Below are positions 61,557 through 64,000 of a DNA stretch of 64,000 nt, piece by piece. Positions within the stretch are counted from its first letter, which is position 1, and each line of letters starts with the position of its first letter. Position numbers and translations under genes: made by a program. Under the pieces are notes generated by a model. The model was not told where the DNA came from. It made no database searches and saw only the letters and a program-made list of their open reading frames with translations. Source of the DNA: an uncultured Gemmatimonadaceae bacterium (GTDB lineage Bacteria; Gemmatimonadota; Gemmatimonadetes; Gemmatimonadales; Gemmatimonadaceae); contig CAVUDW010000003.1 of the NCBI GenBank assembly GCA_963740355.1, forward strand, positions 544,001 to 608,000, written 5' to 3'.

Positions 61557-62816
61557 GTGTCAGGTGACCGTGCAGCCAGTGCCGTCGATCCACAAGGTGA
61601 TGCCAGTGCCGCCGAGGCACCGCGGCCACTGACCGGCATCCGCGCGATCGATGTCGGCAACTTCCTTGCGGGGCCGTATGCGGCGGCCATGATGGGCGAA
61701 TTCGGGGCCGAAGTCCTCAAGGTCGAGCATCCCATCGGCGGTGACCCGATGCGGCGCTTCGGCACGCCCACCAGCCGACCCGATGCCACCCTCAAGTGGC
61801 TCAGCGAAAGCCGGAACAAGAAGTCGGTCACCATCGACCTGCGGCAGGCGGAAGGGGTCGAGCTGTTCCTCAAGCTGGTGGCGAAGTCCGATGTCCTGAT
61901 CGAGAACTTCCGCCCCGGCACCATGGAAGAGTGGGGCCTGACCTGGGAAGCGCTCAGCGCCGCCAACCCGCGCCTCGTGATGCTGCGCGTCTCCGGCTAC
62001 GGCCAGACCGGCCCCTATCGGCGCCGCTCGGGATTCGCACACATCGCACAGGCGTTCGGTGGGCTCAACTACCTCGCCGGCTTTCCCGGCGAAACGCCAG
62101 TCCTGCCAGGCACAGTACCACTTGGCGACTATATCGCGAGCCTCTACGGTGCCATCGGCATCATGGTCGCGCTTCGCCACCGCGAGAAGACCGGCCGTGG
62201 CCAGATCATCGACGTCGGCATCTACGAGGCCATCTTCCGCATGATGGAGGAGATCGCCTCCGTCTACGGCGTCTCCGGCAAGATCCGCGAACGCGAAGGC
62301 TCCGGCAGCTTCGTCGCCGTGCCGCATGGCCACTTCCGCACCAAGGACGACAAGTGGATCGCCATCGCCTGCACCACCGACAAGATGTTCGAGCGGCTGT
62401 CGGTCGCGATGGGGCAACCGCAGCTCTCATCCTCGGGCCTCTACGGCGACCAGCGCAAGCGCCTCGCGGCCCGTGACACGGTCAACGCCATCGTCATCGA
62501 GTGGATCGCCTCGCTCGACCGTGATGAAGTCATGCGCCTCTGCATCGAGGAAGAGGTGCCAGCGGGCAAGGTCAACAACATCGCCGACATCTTCGAGGAC
62601 GAACATTTCATCGCGCGCCACAACCTCGAGCATGTGCTTGACGGGGAGCTGGGCGACATCGTGATCCCGGGCGTCGTGCCGACGCTATCGGCGACCCCGG
62701 GACGGATCACGAACCTCGGCCCGACGCTCGGCAACGCGACCGACGCCGTGATGCGCGAACTGCTTGGCCTCACTGCCGCCGAACTGCAGCGGCTGCACTC
62801 GCAGAAGATCATATGA
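61557..62816 (+). CDS. smtA: Family III CoA-transferase, succinyl-CoA:(S)-malate CoA-transferase alpha-like
   Basis: [28 protein letters not shown] and [12 protein letters not shown] closely resemble Chloroflexus SmtA as recalled. Confidence 0.8.
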   Translation: MSGDRAASAVDPQGDASAAEAPRPLTGIRAIDVGNFLAGPYAAAMMGEFGAEVLKVEHPIGGDPMRRFGTPTSRPDATLKWLSESRNKKSVTIDLRQAEGVELFLKLVAKSDVLIENFRPGTMEEWGLTWEALSAANPRLVMLRVSGYGQTGPYRRRSGFAHIAQAFGGLNYLAGFPGETPVLPGTVPLGDYIASLYGAIGIMVALRHREKTGRGQIIDVGIYEAIFRMMEEIASVYGVSGKIREREGSGSFVAVPHGHFRTKDDKWIAIACTTDKMFERLSVAMGQPQLSSSGLYGDQRKRLAARDTVNAIVIEWIASLDRDEVMRLCIEEEVPAGKVNNIADIFEDEHFIARHNLEHVLDGELGDIVIPGVVPTLSATPGRITNLGPTLGNATDAVMRELLGLTAAELQRLHSQKII

Positions 62817-64000
62817 CCACCATCCCTGACCGACGCACTGCCGAATTGCCGCTGGCCGGCATCCGCGTCGTCGACATCGCCACCGTCATCGCGGCACCGT
62901 ACTGCGCCACCGTGCTGGGCGAGTTCGGCGCCGATGTGCTGAAGGTCGAACATCCCGTCGGCGGCGATGCGCTGCGACGGTTCGGCACGCCATCACTGCG
63001 CGGTGACACGCTGGTGTGGATGAGCGAGTCGCGCAACAAACGCTCCGTCACGCTCGACCTGCGCAAGCCGGAAGGGGTGCAGCTGTTCAAGGAGCTGATG
63101 GCCAAGACCGACGTCCTGTGTGAGAACTTCCGCACCGGTACACTCGAAAAGTGGGGCCTTGGCTGGGAGGTGCTGCACGAGATCAATCCGCGCTTGATCA
63201 TGCTGCGCGTCACGGGATACGGGCAGACGGGCCCCTACAGCGATCGACCGGGCTTCGCGCGCGTCGCACATGCCGTTGGTGGCATCGCGTACCTCGCGGG
63301 CATGCCGAAGGGCACACCGGTGACGCCTGGATCCACCACGCTGGCCGACTACATGACGGGCCTCTACGGCTGCCTTGGCGTGCTGATGGCGTTGCGGCAT
63401 CGTGACCTCACGGGTGAGGGCCAATACGTGGACGCCGCACTCTACGAGTCAGTATTCCGCTGCACCGAGGAGTTGGCACCCGCGTATGCGATGTACGGCA
63501 CGGTGCGCGAAAGGCAGGGGTCATCACACAACGACTTCGCCTGCCCGCACGGCCACTTCGCGACCAAGGATGGAAAGTGGGTGGCGATCTCCACCGCGAC
63601 CGACAAGCTCTTTCGCCGGCTCGCGATGGCGATGGGTCGGCCGGAGCTGGCGGCATCGAGCACCTACGGTGAGCAGAAGACACGCCTCGAGCATCGGCAC
63701 GACGTGAACGAGATCGTGCGTGACTGGTGTGGCTCGCTCACCCGCGAGCAGGTGCTGGAGAAGTGTTATGCGACCGACACACCGGCTGGCCCGCTGAACA
63801 ACATTGCCGACATCTTCGGCGATCGGCAGTTCCATGCCCGACGGAACCTGGTCGCCATCGATGACCCGGACACGGGCGAGTCGATCATCGTGCCATCGCC
63901 GGTACCTGCGCTGTCGGAAACGCCGGGGAGCATCCGCAGCCTTGGCCCGAAGCTCGGCGAACACACCGACGAAGTGTTGTCGGAAGTCCTCGGCATGACG
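62813..64000 (+). CDS. smtB: Family III CoA-transferase, SmtB-like, runs off the window end
   Basis: ATG 62813 overlaps the smtA stop (ATGA); manual translation gives [18 protein letters not shown] and [21 protein letters not shown]; absent from the ORF track because the stop lies outside the window. Confidence 0.8.
   Translation, partial: MTTIPDRRTAELPLAGIRVVDIATVIAAPYCATVLGEFGADVLKVEHPVGGDALRRFGTPSLRGDTLVWMSESRNKRSVTLDLRKPEGVQLFKELMAKTDVLCENFRTGTLEKWGLGWEVLHEINPRLIMLRVTGYGQTGPYSDRPGFARVAHAVGGIAYLAGMPKGTPVTPGSTTLADYMTGLYGCLGVLMALRHRDLTGEGQYVDAALYESVFRCTEELAPAYAMYGTVRERQGSSHNDFACPHGHFATKDGKWVAISTATDKLFRRLAMAMGRPELAASSTYGEQKTRLEHRHDVNEIVRDWCGSLTREQVLEKCYATDTPAGPLNNIADIFGDRQFHARRNLVAIDDPDTGESIIVPSPVPALSETPGSIRSLGPKLGEHTDEVLSEVLGMT

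Overview
High-GC bacterial window. The gene repertoire (ELGGGGMSRVF-type Ser/Thr kinase-TPR, LVIVD/YncE pair) suggests Gemmatimonadota; this is inference only. Positions 1-23540 look like the right-hand part of a heavy-metal resistance genomic island ending at the 3' end of tRNA-Pro(GGG). It carries two CzcA-type RND systems, a P1B-4 ATPase, ZIP, CDF-like, MFS and YnfA genes, and a MerR regulator with two matching 19-bp-spacer promoters. Its terminal backbone has a sigma-2-like ORF, a YhaM-like OB-HD nuclease, an HTH protein and a very divergent, apparently internally duplicated tyrosine recombinase. The remainder holds a fused eutBC plus ethanolamine permease, a third RND system, a structured 400-bp two-unit hairpin repeat array (34474-34872), a cbb3 oxidase cluster with a P1B-5 ATPase, an MBL-rhodanese, a kinase, a GH18-deacetylase-GT2 fusion, sugE/gdx, a two-component pair, NmrA/AraC and DUF1684. 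An IS3 element sits inside a REP-like inverted repeat. The window ends with meh and smtAB, resembling 3-hydroxypropionate bicycle genes. Several genes have single-unit insertions in short runs, which are probably assembly errors. All protein assignments come from motif recognition and recall; no searches were run.
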